64,000 bases of DNA from Candidatus Latescibacterota bacterium (GCA_965116875.1 OZ220733.1:2688001-2752000); one strand, 5' to 3'. Counted from the stretch's first letter, positions 31,428 through 41,790 are shown. A program made the numbers and translations. The notes: generated by a model not told the origin, from the sequence alone.

Positions 31428-32429
31428 TCAGTGATTCCATTGCATCATCGCTTCTATTTGGTCGACCCGGTCCCGTACGAATCCCGGGATGCCGTCGCGC
31501 AGCCCCGGGTTGTCCCGTCGGCCGGCCATCCAGACGGCGATCTTCAGTCGGTCTGCGATCAGAAAGGAGGTCAGCATTCGCTCGTGTCCGGCATCGAGGG
31601 GTCGGACGCTTGTGTATCCAAGAAGAAAGGCGGCGCGCAGCGAGGCGAAATCCTCCCGGCTGACCAGTGGACCGAGGGTAGCGCCCATATCGCCGAGATA
31701 GTAGCCCCATCCGCAGTCGTCGAAGTCAAGGGCGCGCGCTTCGCCCCTCAGGAATACGTAGTTCATCTGATGCAGATCCCCATGGATGAGACCGAAGACG
31801 GACGCAGCCTCTCCCAATCGCTCCATTGCAACTCGTGTGCTCGATTCCGCCCTGTCGACGGCGGCCCGTCTTGCCGGATCGAGCACGGCTTTCGCATCCG
31901 CGGTCTTTCCACCGTAGACACCGCCGAGTAAGCCGCCGGCGTCCCAGCGGATGCGCGTGAAGCCGGCGGGCGGCACAAATCCCTCGGCGTGGCAGTGCAA
32001 TCTGCCCATCAGGCGGCCGACCCTTTCCAGATGTCGCCCGGTCAGGTCGTGCTGGCCGCAAAACCGGCCGTTCACCCACCGGAAAAGCGCGCAGACTCTC
32101 GGTTCCGGGATGCCCGGCGACGACGCGACCGTGAACAGATTTCCCTCCCGATCCGCGACCGGTACGGGCACGACGAGGTCCGTATCCCGGGTGATCGCAT
32201 CCAGCCACTCCAGCTCCGACCGGAAGAGCGCCAGGTCCCTGTGCCCCGGCCGGTTGACGCGCAAGACGTACCGGCAGCCCCCCGCTCTGATCAGGAACGT
32301 GGCGTTATGCCGGTGTTGCAGTGGCCGAAGCGTGAAATCACCCAGATCGTAGGACGCAAGCGCCTTGAGCGCGAGCCGTCGAAGGCGGTGCAACTGTCCT
32401 CTGTATGTAAGGTTCTCAAAAGGAATCAA
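31428..32429 (-). CDS. APH / homoserine kinase type II-like phosphotransferase
   Basis: YVLRV, LIHGDLHQMN, LDFDDCG. Confidence 0.9.
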   Translation of the reverse strand: MIPFENLTYRGQLHRLRRLALKALASYDLGDFTLRPLQHRHNATFLIRAGGCRYVLRVNRPGHRDLALFRSELEWLDAITRDTDLVVPVPVADREGNLFTVASSPGIPEPRVCALFRWVNGRFCGQHDLTGRHLERVGRLMGRLHCHAEGFVPPAGFTRIRWDAGGLLGGVYGGKTADAKAVLDPARRAAVDRAESSTRVAMERLGEAASVFGLIHGDLHQMNYVFLRGEARALDFDDCGWGYYLGDMGATLGPLVSREDFASLRAAFLLGYTSVRPLDAGHERMLTSFLIADRLKIAVWMAGRRDNPGLRDGIPGFVRDRVDQIEAMMQWNH

Positions 32430-32552
32430 GAATCAGGGTTCCCTTTTGTCTCGCGCGTTTTCCCGTCGGAGACGGCGTTGGTTCGACATTGCACGTTCTA
32501 CGTACGTTGTAAAAGGCCGAACAATGGCTATGAAATCCGAGTACACAGATCA

Positions 32553-33374
32553 TCAAAGCCTCAGACAGGCATCCAACGCCACCCGGAAGAGCGCCTGTCT
32601 GGCAGAATTCTCTCTTCCCATTTCTCTGGGGTCCCATTCCGCGCCGCTGACGTCGTCCGATCCGTAGAGTAGTTGCGCCAATTGTACGCCGCGGAATCTG
32701 GCGGCCGCGAATAACGCCGCAGCTTCCATCTCAACCGTGATGCATCCATCCTGCCGGCGTCTTTCGACCTTTGACCGGGTCTCTCGATAGAACGCGTCCG
32801 TCGTCCAGGTCTTTCCCTCGACGTACGGGCATCCGTTCTCGTTAAGCGACGAGACAATCGCCTGGACGGCTTCCGGGGTTGGTTCGACCTCCCGGCTCGG
32901 GGGCAGGTAGTGGTACGACGTGCCTTCGTCCCGCAGAGCTGACGTTGGAACGACGATATGGCCGCTCGCGATGGACCTGTCGAGAACCCCCGCGCTCCCG
33001 CACACGATGAACCTGCGGCCGCCTCGAGCGATGATTTCCTCCAGGCATCCCACGGCGAGCGGGGCGCCGACCGCGCCCGGTAGAATCGAGAACTCCTGCC
33101 CGTCATATGTTCCTGAATAGACGGGGATCTCGCCCATGATACACTTGACGGGACGAAGGGGCCGCAGCGCGAGTTTCTGCTTTTCCTGTTCGATCGTCTG
33201 TCGGAAGTAGCAGACGACGCAGCGCTCCGGAACGTCTCGATGCCTGATGGCTTTCGACGGCTCGATGACGGCTTCCCGTTCCTCATCGAACTCCAGAATC
33301 GGATATGTAGCAGGCAATTTGGGCACCGCTCCTGAATTTTTCGTTTTCAATTCTTCTATGGGTCCCGGCGTCAC
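32553..33374 (-). CDS. Nucleoside phosphorylase (PNP/UDP family 1)
   Basis: GSAG, RDEGTSYHY, WTTDAFYRET, VEMEAAA. Confidence 0.92.
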   Translation of the reverse strand: MTPGPIEELKTKNSGAVPKLPATYPILEFDEEREAVIEPSKAIRHRDVPERCVVCYFRQTIEQEKQKLALRPLRPVKCIMGEIPVYSGTYDGQEFSILPGAVGAPLAVGCLEEIIARGGRRFIVCGSAGVLDRSIASGHIVVPTSALRDEGTSYHYLPPSREVEPTPEAVQAIVSSLNENGCPYVEGKTWTTDAFYRETRSKVERRRQDGCITVEMEAAALFAAARFRGVQLAQLLYGSDDVSGAEWDPREMGRENSARQALFRVALDACLRL

Positions 33375-34009
33375 TCGCCAAGGCGCTTCAGAATCGCGGC
33401 GGCCACCTGATCGGCCAGACGCTCGGAGCCCTCTTGTGTGAAGTGCACGTTTTCCGGCAGCTGGAGTTCCTTCAGTCGCGGCAGGGCGAAGGCATAGAGA
33501 TCGTTAATCGTAATGCCTGGCTGATTCATGATCTCAACCGCGGCGGCGTTGTATTTCGCCGCGTCTCCCTTCTTCCGACTGTTGGCCCCCGCCGGCACGG
33601 GTGTCGTCGTCGCCCAGATCAGCTTCGCTCCCGTCGTCTTCAGCCTCGACACCAGGTTCCGCAGATTCTCCTTATATTGATCGACAGACGTGAAATGTCT
33701 GCCCTTTCCCGCGTCGGTGAGTTTACCCTCGCCGTCGACGAATTTCAGGTCATGCAAGCCCCAATTGAAATGGATGACATCCCACTTCAGAGTGCCCAGC
33801 CACTCTTCCAGATGCGCCAGCCCGCGGCTCGTCGGACCGCAGTTCCGCGGTGGACGGTGGACGTTCGCCCTGCCCTTGAGGCGTTCTCGAGTCGGAATCG
33901 TATATCCCATCGAAATCGAGTCCCCGATCAGCAGCACGTCCGGCAGGTTCGGATCGCGGGTTATCTCCACAAATGAAGCATGGCGTCGGGCTGGTTTCGA
34001 AACTTGCAT
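33371..34009 (-). CDS. SGNH/GDSL hydrolase
   Basis: IGDSIS, FNWGLHD, WATTTP, NVHF. Confidence 0.92.
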   Translation of the reverse strand: MQVSKPARRHASFVEITRDPNLPDVLLIGDSISMGYTIPTRERLKGRANVHRPPRNCGPTSRGLAHLEEWLGTLKWDVIHFNWGLHDLKFVDGEGKLTDAGKGRHFTSVDQYKENLRNLVSRLKTTGAKLIWATTTPVPAGANSRKKGDAAKYNAAAVEIMNQPGITINDLYAFALPRLKELQLPENVHFTQEGSERLADQVAAAILKRLGE

Positions 34010-34221
34010 AGAGCGCTCCCTGGATTGAATCAGATTCGGGATTACGGTTCGTGAGCGTCCGTTGTAGAGTCTGAACTTCGGATCCCTGAAAGGATGGAAA
34101 AAAGTACCGCGGACGCTGTCATAGATTTACCTCCTTGCGAATAATGGCTCGTTGACGAAATCGGTCCCGTTCGCAAAGTCCAACTTCTGGTGCAGGTTTC
34201 AAGCTACCCCTGTTTCCCAAA

Positions 34222-35265
34222 TCACAGATCCTCCATCCATTCAAGAACGAACGGTTCACCCTCGAGATATTTCCGGCAGGCGCCTTGCGCAAAGCGGGAA
34301 AACGTCGGGAAGTCCTCATCTGGATCCATTGCACGCCAGGAAAGCAGGCGAATGCAGGACTCGATAAAGAAACTCTCGATTTTTCGCAGATGGTCGTCCG
34401 GCAGGCTGTGCTGCTGTTCGTACCCGTTGAGAAAAGCCCGGCAAAGCGTGGGACTCATCGGATTCACGGCAAAGCACCAACCGACGTCGGCGAGAAAATG
34501 CCCGAATCGACACCAGTCGAAATCAATGGGACGAATCTCGCCTCGATGTACGATGCAGTTGCCGCACGAGAAGTCTCCGTGTAGCAATCCCCGGAACCGC
34601 GGAGATCTTTCCATATCCGTGACATGCTCGATGAATCGACTCACAGCCCGTTCCAGTACCGCGAAGTCGAGGGCGCCGATGCGACCATCGTCTGTAGCGG
34701 GACGCAGCCGATTCAGGTCGAGTCGCAGGTCTTCGGGTACGCCCCCGGGGCGCGTAAAGCCTTCCGGAAACGTCCACTGACTGCTGTGCCGGTGAATTTT
34801 TCCGAGGGCCGTTCCCACGTTGTGAAGTATTCCCGGAGGCAGGTCAACAAATGCCTCGTCCCCGTAGTTGTCCCAGACCAACTCGCCGTCGACCCAGCGG
34901 AGAAGGGTCACGAGAAAGGCCCGATTGCCATTGGACGTCACGGGGGTGATGAAGTCTCCCGACAGGCTCCGGACCGGTCTCTGTACGACCAGATCGGTGT
35001 CGCGGTCCAGGGCTTCGAGCCAGAGAAGGTGGGACCGGATCGTTGCTTGATCATCGTGAATGTCCCTGTCACGCTCGGCATAATACACGGTGACGAGGTA
35101 ACTCCCGGATGCCCCGTCAGCACGGAATTTGACCATGCTGTAACCTGAAAAGCCGATATGGCCCACCTGTCTGCGCTCGGCGATGCGGGCTTCCCCTGTC
35201 TCGTAGTTCTCCAGGGCTCGATCGGCGGCGTGCAGGTAATGGTAGAGGCGTTCTCCCATTGGCAC
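34222..35265 (-). CDS. APH-family phosphotransferase
   Basis: LLHGDFSCGN, IDFDWC. Paralog-like to 31428..32429. Confidence 0.88.
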   Translation of the reverse strand: MPMGERLYHYLHAADRALENYETGEARIAERRQVGHIGFSGYSMVKFRADGASGSYLVTVYYAERDRDIHDDQATIRSHLLWLEALDRDTDLVVQRPVRSLSGDFITPVTSNGNRAFLVTLLRWVDGELVWDNYGDEAFVDLPPGILHNVGTALGKIHRHSSQWTFPEGFTRPGGVPEDLRLDLNRLRPATDDGRIGALDFAVLERAVSRFIEHVTDMERSPRFRGLLHGDFSCGNCIVHRGEIRPIDFDWCRFGHFLADVGWCFAVNPMSPTLCRAFLNGYEQQHSLPDDHLRKIESFFIESCIRLLSWRAMDPDEDFPTFSRFAQGACRKYLEGEPFVLEWMEDL

Positions 35266-35350
35266 TCAACTTAAGGATTGAAGAAGCGATTCGCTGGAAC
35301 TGGCAACCAAAAAGGCGGAACTGATCGGGAGCCCGTTTGATGCTCCAATT

Positions 35351-35457
35351 ACTCCCCCCTTGAGGGGGAGTCGCAGAAGCCGAGCCGATCCCTGAGCTTG
35401 CGGTCCCTGAGCCAGTCGAAGGGTCGAAGGGCCGGCGACGGCTGATGCGGTGGGGGG
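35351..35457 (+). repeat. Palindromic intergenic repeat, copy with a nested 23-bp insertion
   Basis: actccccccttgagggggagt... Insertion 35401-35423 relative to the 25832 copy. Confidence 0.8.
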
Positions 35458-35539
35458 ATGGCAACACCTTGTTGTTAACTTGCAGCATGAAGAAACATCG
35501 ACGCACTTTGTGCGAAAGTTTCCAGTCAGCCCCGAATCC

Positions 35540-36214
35540 CTATTGCCTGCGTCCCACCAGGAGCGTGTTGGGCGGGTCCTGCCAGGGGCATGCGGCGACA
35601 AATCCGGCTTCCCGCAGGGCAGCGAGTTCGTCCTCAACCGGGAAGTACGTGTCTTCGGATGCCCATTCGTCGAAGTGCTCGCGTGCACGCCGTTCGCTGA
35701 TTCCGCATGAAACGAGGTGGGCCGTCCAGATGCGATAGCACCGTTCGCGTTCGTCCGGGTCCGCGGTCATCGTCACATCTGTGGTTACGAACACTCCGCC
35801 GGGACGGAGTGACCGGAAAATGTGCTTGTACAGAACCCGCTTGCGTTCCATCAGAGGAATGTGGTGCAGGGCCAAGCAGGCCGCCACGGCGTCGCACGCG
35901 GGCAGCGGCGCTTCGAACGAACACTCGCGAAACCGCACGCGGTTCCCGAATCGATTCAGCCGGATGCGTGCCCGGTCCAGCATCTCCGGATCGACGTCGA
36001 TGGCTTCCACGGCGCCCACGCATTCGTGTTCGAGCATCGCTTCGGCAAGGGCCCCCGTTCCGGTGCCCAGGTCCAGCGCAAGGGCGGGGCGGATGGCGGC
36101 GACTTCTCCGGCGATCCTGCTCAGGCCTTCCTCGTAGCCCGGGATGAACCGGCGGATGGTTTCGTCGTAGGCATCGATCTCGAGACGCAGATGGCTGCGG
36201 ACGGAATGACGCAT
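35540..36214 (-). CDS. Class I SAM-dependent methyltransferase (CmoA-like)
   Basis: LDLGTGTG, LALHH, LRPGGVF. Confidence 0.9.
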   Translation of the reverse strand: MRHSVRSHLRLEIDAYDETIRRFIPGYEEGLSRIAGEVAAIRPALALDLGTGTGALAEAMLEHECVGAVEAIDVDPEMLDRARIRLNRFGNRVRFRECSFEAPLPACDAVAACLALHHIPLMERKRVLYKHIFRSLRPGGVFVTTDVTMTADPDERERCYRIWTAHLVSCGISERRAREHFDEWASEDTYFPVEDELAALREAGFVAACPWQDPPNTLLVGRRQ

Positions 36215-36301
36215 AGGGCGGGTACGTGTGGATGCCGATTTTCGCGAATTCGGCAGTCAGGCGCTGCGAGAGGACGTGAAGACCCATCGGGCGCCGCAAA
36301 A

Positions 36302-36580
36302 TCAGGTGAGAACGATGCGGAGTTGCTTACCCAGGGCACGCGCGGCGCGGTCCATAGTACGCAAGGTTACGGAGGAATTGGAGGAGTCGAGCAGGCGGTC
36401 CAGCGCCGAACGACTGGTTTGCATGCGTTTTGCCATCGCCGACTTGGACAGCTTGTTCTCCTCCATGAACTGACGCAACTGATACGCAATGACGCGTTTC
36501 GTTGCCGTGGCCTCAGCTTCAACGAGAAGGCTCTCTTCAGCGAGGAAGTCGTCACAGCTGCTACCGACATGTTTGTTCAT
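36302..36580 (-). CDS. XRE-family antitoxin / transcriptional regulator (orphan)
   Basis: NKHVGSSCDDFL...MAKRMQTSRSALDRLLD...VTLRT..RAARALGK. Confidence 0.9.
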   Translation of the reverse strand: MNKHVGSSCDDFLAEESLLVEAEATATKRVIAYQLRQFMEENKLSKSAMAKRMQTSRSALDRLLDSSNSSVTLRTMDRAARALGKQLRIVLT

Positions 36581-36616
36581 TTTGTCCCTCTTAGCGTCAT
36601 TCGCCTGGTGTGTGCC

Positions 36617-37426
36617 CTACTTTTCAACGACGAAGTGAACGTGGTTCGTCGTATCTCTGAACTGGGGCAATTCCGATGTTTCCGCCGCGAATTCCAGGAC
36701 GTTAGCATATGCTTCCGGTTCATCCTTCCTGAGTGAGTCGAGAAGCGGCGCCATGCCATTTGGAAATCCCTCTGCACCGGCATAACTGACAATTCGCAGC
36801 CCCGCATCCTGAAGCTCCGTTCCGGCGATCTCGGGGTTGGACCAGTGACATTCGGTGAAATTGGGACGTTCAGGATCTTCAAAGGTCCTCTCACCGAGCA
36901 TGCTCCGAAGAAAGTCGGGATCATTGAAGCGCTTCGGGAAACCGGTTATTCCACATCGAAGCAGGCCCCACGAATTGAGAAAGGCCACAATCGCCCTACC
37001 GCCCGGCCTCAGGATGCGGATCATCTCCCTCAACGCCTGTGATCGATCCTCTCTTGCGATCAGGTGATAGAGAGGTCCGAGAAGGAGGGCGCAATCGAAT
37101 GATTCGTTCTCGAAGACACCCAGGTCGCGTGCGTCTCCCCGAACAAACCGTTCCGCGTTGATTCCTTCCGCCGCAAACGCCCGCTCTGCTCTCTCCAACA
37201 GCTTCCCGGAGAGGTCGAGCAGTGTCACCTGGTACCCGCGTCTGGCGAGTTCGATGGCGTAACGGCCCGGTCCGCTCCCGATGTCGCATATCGCGCCGTT
37301 CGAGGGGAAGTATTTCTCGATCAGGCGCAGGGTGGATCCGAACTCGATTCGCGAAAGCCCGGTTTCCAGTCGTTCCCACTCACGTTCAGGCGCCGAATCG
37401 TAATAGTTTCTGACGTATTCGCTCAT
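36617..37426 (-). CDS. Class I SAM-dependent methyltransferase
   Basis: EREWERL, DIGSGPGRY, LLGPLYHL, LRPGG. Confidence 0.92.
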   Translation of the reverse strand: MSEYVRNYYDSAPEREWERLETGLSRIEFGSTLRLIEKYFPSNGAICDIGSGPGRYAIELARRGYQVTLLDLSGKLLERAERAFAAEGINAERFVRGDARDLGVFENESFDCALLLGPLYHLIAREDRSQALREMIRILRPGGRAIVAFLNSWGLLRCGITGFPKRFNDPDFLRSMLGERTFEDPERPNFTECHWSNPEIAGTELQDAGLRIVSYAGAEGFPNGMAPLLDSLRKDEPEAYANVLEFAAETSELPQFRDTTNHVHFVVEK

Positions 37427-37533
37427 TCAGGTTTCAATTGAAAAGACGGTTCCTGTTGAGGCTCGTCCAGTCTCTTTCACATCAACCTGATATCTGTTGG
37501 ATCCATCTGCTTCGTGTACCCAGGCTTCCAATC

Positions 37534-38316
37534 TCAAATGAAGTTTCGCAGGTCCAGCAGGTTTCCAATCTCGGCGAATGGCTGGATGTCGCCGGGATCC
37601 CTGTCCTTCCGATTCACCCAGATCCCCCGGATTCCGGCCTCCTGCGCTCCGCGGATGTCTTTCCGGATATTGTCTCCCACCATCAGGATCTGCTCCGGTC
37701 CGGTATTCGCAAGCCGAATCGCGTTCTCATAGAAAACTGGATGGGGCTTGGCGAATCCGATGTCTGCCGAGACGAGTACGGCATCAAAATAACCCGCCAG
37801 ACCGCTGGTCTCGAACTTCAGTCTCTGCAGATCGGATGCGCCGTTGGTGGCCAGAACCAGTCGAACGGCGCCATTGAGTTCATCCAGTATTTCGGCAGTC
37901 TCCGGAAAATGCTCGAACAGTTCCGTCCGGGTCTCGACGAATTCGTCAGCCAGGGTTCGAGCCAGCCGTTCGTCGTCAACGCCCATGTCGTTTAGCGCAC
38001 GTGACCAGGCCTCGAACCGGTACGTCGGAGCCCATTCACGCAGCCAGACGAGGTTCTCATCCTCGCCGGCGAACCCGCACCACAAGCCCTCCCAGGAACT
38101 GATCCCGACCCGGCGGCAGTACTCGATCGCCGGCGTTGAGCGCCAGAGTTCCCCGGCCCGCTCCAGGACCCTGTCCCTGAGTTCGGACGGATCCACGCCT
38201 GCGACAGCATTCGCGCGTTGGCCGGTCTGCTCGACCGCTCTCAGCGCGATTGGTTTTTCAAGAATGAGGGTTTCGTCAAGATCGAACAGGATCGTCCTGA
38301 CCGCGGTACAGACCAT
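37534..38316 (-). CDS. HAD-family hydrolase
   Basis: FDLDETL, TNG, KPHP, MVGDN..KDI. Confidence 0.92.
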   Translation of the reverse strand: MVCTAVRTILFDLDETLILEKPIALRAVEQTGQRANAVAGVDPSELRDRVLERAGELWRSTPAIEYCRRVGISSWEGLWCGFAGEDENLVWLREWAPTYRFEAWSRALNDMGVDDERLARTLADEFVETRTELFEHFPETAEILDELNGAVRLVLATNGASDLQRLKFETSGLAGYFDAVLVSADIGFAKPHPVFYENAIRLANTGPEQILMVGDNIRKDIRGAQEAGIRGIWVNRKDRDPGDIQPFAEIGNLLDLRNFI

Positions 38317-38371
38317 CGGTTTACTCGATTTCCACCATCCTGAATGAAGACCTGCGGTTCTCGAATTTCTT

Positions 38372-39175
38372 TCAGGTCGTTGGCTGACGCCGCGCGGCTT
38401 CCCATAACGTCGGCACATCCTGAATGTTTCTGACTTCTGGGAAAAACCGCGCCATGTTGTCGGCGCATATCGATTGGACCATGTCGTCGATGTAGGCCGG
38501 GCTGACGAGGGACTCGATGCGTTCGTTCCAGGTACTCCGGTTCTGATGCCCGCTTCCCGCGTCGAGCGTATCCACCGGTATTCGCAGGAAGTCCGCCAGT
38601 CGCCGATGGGAACAGGCCAGTTCGTGAGTCCTTATCAAGAGCCGCCGGTCCTCCGGGATCTGCCGGGTACACCTGTCGACATGCCCGTTCCAGACATTCA
38701 GATAGGCCGCAACCGAATAAAGCCCTCTCTCTGCGAGCGCGCGATCATGCCGTGAATGGGGATGGTGTTCCGGTTTGGACCACCAGGGTAGGAAATCCAG
38801 GATTTCAGAGGGCATCTCGCGGCTGAGGATGTGCCCGACGGCCGATTGAAGCCACGAATAACAGTCCCGGATGAGCACGATGAACTTCGAAGCGGGGAAG
38901 ACATCCAGCAGATGGCCGATGACGAACTGGTTTGCCCACGAAACATCGTATTCCAGGTTGAGCCGGGCGTCCCGCTCGATTAGAAACTCTCGGAATCCCT
39001 CTGCGGTGACTTCACCGTTGGATTCACGGAGGATCATGTCGAGTAACTCCGGCCGTTCCGGCTCGTGGGCCGCGCGGTAATGCGCGGAAAGCAGCCCCAC
39101 GAGAGATGCCGTACCGGACTTCGCCTGCCCCACGCAAAAAGCTTTGACCCGAACTGGATTGCGATTAACGGTCAT
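38372..39175 (-). CDS. Sulfotransferase-family / P-loop protein
   Basis: FCVGQAKSGTASL, AHEP, KFIVLIRD..SWLQS. Confidence 0.78.
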   Translation of the reverse strand: MTVNRNPVRVKAFCVGQAKSGTASLVGLLSAHYRAAHEPERPELLDMILRESNGEVTAEGFREFLIERDARLNLEYDVSWANQFVIGHLLDVFPASKFIVLIRDCYSWLQSAVGHILSREMPSEILDFLPWWSKPEHHPHSRHDRALAERGLYSVAAYLNVWNGHVDRCTRQIPEDRRLLIRTHELACSHRRLADFLRIPVDTLDAGSGHQNRSTWNERIESLVSPAYIDDMVQSICADNMARFFPEVRNIQDVPTLWEAARRQPTT

Positions 39176-39300
39176 GGTGTTCCCGGAAGCGCCTGAAAGC
39201 GTCGTTTTTCCGACTTGGACAAAATGACGTCGAACTCCGCAATCGATTCGTCCGCAATTCGAAAATTGGACTTCGATTCCAAACGGTGCCCGCGCAGCCA

Positions 39301-39504
39301 TTACGCAGATTGAGAACCGTTGTTGGTTTTTCCAAGGAAACAAGCGTGGTGAACAACGATCTTTCGATCTCTCGTATAGTGTATGTCGAATTCAATAGCA
39401 TCGGCACCGATTTCAATGGCTACTTCAAAGTCCGACAGAGTATTCTCCGGTGCCTTTTGGCCAGAGCCCCGATGGGCATGAATTGCTGGAAAAGACATTG
39501 CCAT
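39301..39504 (-). pseudogene. Glycerophosphodiester phosphodiesterase N-terminal fragment
   Basis: AHRG...PENT...GADAIEFDI...VVHH, then a stop after ~67 aa with no continuation found. Confidence 0.85.
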
Positions 39505-39631
39505 GAAAAAGCTAGTCGCTCAGGGACGAAATCTGGTTTCCAGGGGTGCGTTGATGATCACGATCGCTTTACTGTTCAAAAACCTCGAGGTCGCCGAAGG
39601 CTCGCCAAAAGGTTTCGACTCCTGCCCGAAG

Positions 39632-40231
39632 TCAATTGTCAAATAACATGGCCCCAACGGCTTCAAGTCGATATTGGTCGCCATCGTATGCTATGGTCGT
39701 AACCGAGCATTCTCGAAAGACTTCTCCACCGTATGGGTCATTGCAGAATTTAGGTCTGACGCGAGTCAGCTCTTCAGACGAAAAGACATTGAGAAGGAAG
39801 TCTGCCAGGACACCACCATGGGTCACCCCGATCACCGTATCCCGGGATGACTGACGATAGCGATCGGAAACGAAATCCTCAATGCGCCGCCCGGCCGCTA
39901 CGCTTGAATCACCAACAGCGGGTTGGTAGTTCCGTTCTCTGGAACAGTGCTCCCACTGAGCCATAAATTCATCGAATGATTGGCCCTCAATGTCTCCCCA
40001 ATTCACTCGTTCCCGCAGCCGTGAATCTTCGGTAACTTCGAGATTCAAGACGGCGGCGACGATCCCCGCAGTATCTCTTGTACGTGCCAGTGGACTGCTG
40101 AAGATTCTTGTGATGCCGTGTGTTGCCAACTTCCCGGCGAGCCGTTCCGCCTCTTCCCGACCTTCTCGTGTCAATGGCGGATCGCCGATCCTGTGTTCTC
40201 TCTTACCATGGCGAATAAAGTGACAGCGCAT
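39632..40231 (-). CDS. Histidine phosphatase family protein
   Basis: RHG, FSSPLART, LRER, THGG. Confidence 0.92.
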   Translation of the reverse strand: MRCHFIRHGKREHRIGDPPLTREGREEAERLAGKLATHGITRIFSSPLARTRDTAGIVAAVLNLEVTEDSRLRERVNWGDIEGQSFDEFMAQWEHCSRERNYQPAVGDSSVAAGRRIEDFVSDRYRQSSRDTVIGVTHGGVLADFLLNVFSSEELTRVRPKFCNDPYGGEVFRECSVTTIAYDGDQYRLEAVGAMLFDN

Positions 40232-40292
40232 CAAGTGTACCTGTTTTCCGGTTTTTCTTGTCCACACCCGGGATCGCGCCGAATTCCCTTTG

Positions 40293-40877
40293 TCACGAGT
40301 CAAGAGGTGCAAGGTCAATCGGAGTCAACACGCCGAAAAAGCCATACTTGGTTCCGGAAGGATCTCCTTTCCCGGGTGGAAAGTACTCCTCAATCAAGTC
40401 CAGAAGACGACGGTTGAACTCTGCCGCCTGCTGTTCCGAGAGTCGCGCGCGGTTGTGGTTGACGGAGCTTTGAAAACTCGGCCCGAATATACCGTCCGCA
40501 CTCTCCCGAAACGCTTGGTTGAACTGGAAGGCAACTTCCGAAGGTACCGGCTCGGTGTTTTCAGCATTATTGTCACGTCGGTCCGGGAATCGAATGCTGT
40601 CCGCCGCGGGGATGCAACGCCAGGCCCCGGGGTCACTGCCGGTTTCATTGAGGCGTACGATCTCCGATTCCGCGAGTCGCTCCAGGTGTCGAAGGATGCG
40701 GGAATCAGTCACACCCAACGTCGACGAAATCTCCGCAACGGATTTCCCTTCGCCAAGGGTTTCAAGGATGCGCCGGCGGATGGGGTCTGCGAGCAGACAG
40801 ACTCGCTCGTCATCGATAACAAGCAGAGAACCCCGTCCTGTTTCAACCGGAAATGTGAACTCGATCCAGCCGGCCAT
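40293..40877 (-). CDS. ArsR-like winged helix-turn-helix protein
   Basis: LADPIRRRILETL..SVAEIS..LG...HLERL. Confidence 0.82.
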   Translation of the reverse strand: MAGWIEFTFPVETGRGSLLVIDDERVCLLADPIRRRILETLGEGKSVAEISSTLGVTDSRILRHLERLAESEIVRLNETGSDPGAWRCIPAADSIRFPDRRDNNAENTEPVPSEVAFQFNQAFRESADGIFGPSFQSSVNHNRARLSEQQAAEFNRRLLDLIEEYFPPGKGDPSGTKYGFFGVLTPIDLAPLDS

Positions 40878-40967
40878 CCGGAACCCCCATTTGACTGTCT
40901 TTGACCTCGTTGTATTGAGCAAAAAAACGACTCCAAATGCCATGCAAACCGCATCCTCGGTGTGAGA

Positions 40968-41666
40968 TCACCCGCGACCGACACCCAATATCCGAGGCAG
41001 GTCGGCCAACGAAGCAATCTCGAAATCGGCCTGGATCCCGGTGTCGTTCCTCACGCCATCGCGATTCAACCACACAGCAGGCGCTCCGGCATTGTGCGCT
41101 CCCGCAACGTCGTTTTCCAGAGAATCCCCCACGTGCAGAAGCTGCTCCAGCGGACAGCCCGCCCGGCGCGCGGTAATCTGAAAGATCCGTCGATCGGGCT
41201 TCTCAATGCGCACATCCTGAGAAAACACAACGAAGGCAAATCGTCCTTCAAGTCCGCAGCGTTCGGGATAGCTGTTCCCGTTTGACAGAAGTCCGATCCT
41301 GAAATGCGGTGTCAGAATGTCCAGAGTCGGCAACACATCCGGATACAATTCGATGTCCTCAAACCGGTGCTTCCGATATACCTGATTCAGATGAAGAGCC
41401 AGATTTCTGTCGTGGCAGCCAACGCGCTCAAGCGTCCTCTCGAATGCAATTCGTCTGATTTCCGAAAGATTCCAGACCTTGCCCCTCAATTCGTCGGAAA
41501 CCCGATCGCGAATGTCAATCATCTCGTCTACCGTGAGGCGCGATGCAGGCTTTGTAGGGACCTTCCTGCGCAGTTCCACCAATGCGTGTTTCAGCGAATG
41601 CCTCATGACCTTATGAAAATCCCACAGGGTCATGTCGCCGTCAAATGAAATCGCTGAAATTCGCAA
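40968..41666 (-). CDS. HAD-family hydrolase
   Basis: FDGDMTL, SNGN, KPD, HVGDSLEND. TTG start with ggagg RBS. Confidence 0.92.
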   Translation of the reverse strand: MRISAISFDGDMTLWDFHKVMRHSLKHALVELRRKVPTKPASRLTVDEMIDIRDRVSDELRGKVWNLSEIRRIAFERTLERVGCHDRNLALHLNQVYRKHRFEDIELYPDVLPTLDILTPHFRIGLLSNGNSYPERCGLEGRFAFVVFSQDVRIEKPDRRIFQITARRAGCPLEQLLHVGDSLENDVAGAHNAGAPAVWLNRDGVRNDTGIQADFEIASLADLPRILGVGRG

Positions 41667-41688
41667 GGTTTCCGCCTCCGGCTGACCT

Positions 41689-41753
41689 TACCTACGACGC
41701 GTCACCGCTTGCACTCCGCGGCGCTCGCTGCTTCGCCATCCTGGCAATCAACG
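41689..41753 (-). repeat. 65-bp direct repeat duplicating the 3' end of the 42566..43012 gene
   Basis: 62/65 identical to 42563-42627. Confidence 0.92.
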
Positions 41754-41756
41754 TCT

Positions 41757-41790
41757 AAAGAAATCCCGCTAGAAGAGTCGTCTAGCGGGA
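41757..41790 (-). terminator. Putative intrinsic terminator after the DUF433/DUF5615 pair
   Basis: 10-bp stem tcccgctaga/tctagcggga followed on the minus strand by tttcttt. Confidence 0.6.

Noticed and set aside
31428-35265. Aminoglycoside resistance kinases
   Set aside because: They resemble generic homoserine kinase II / APH-fold proteins, and substrate cannot be inferred from sequence.
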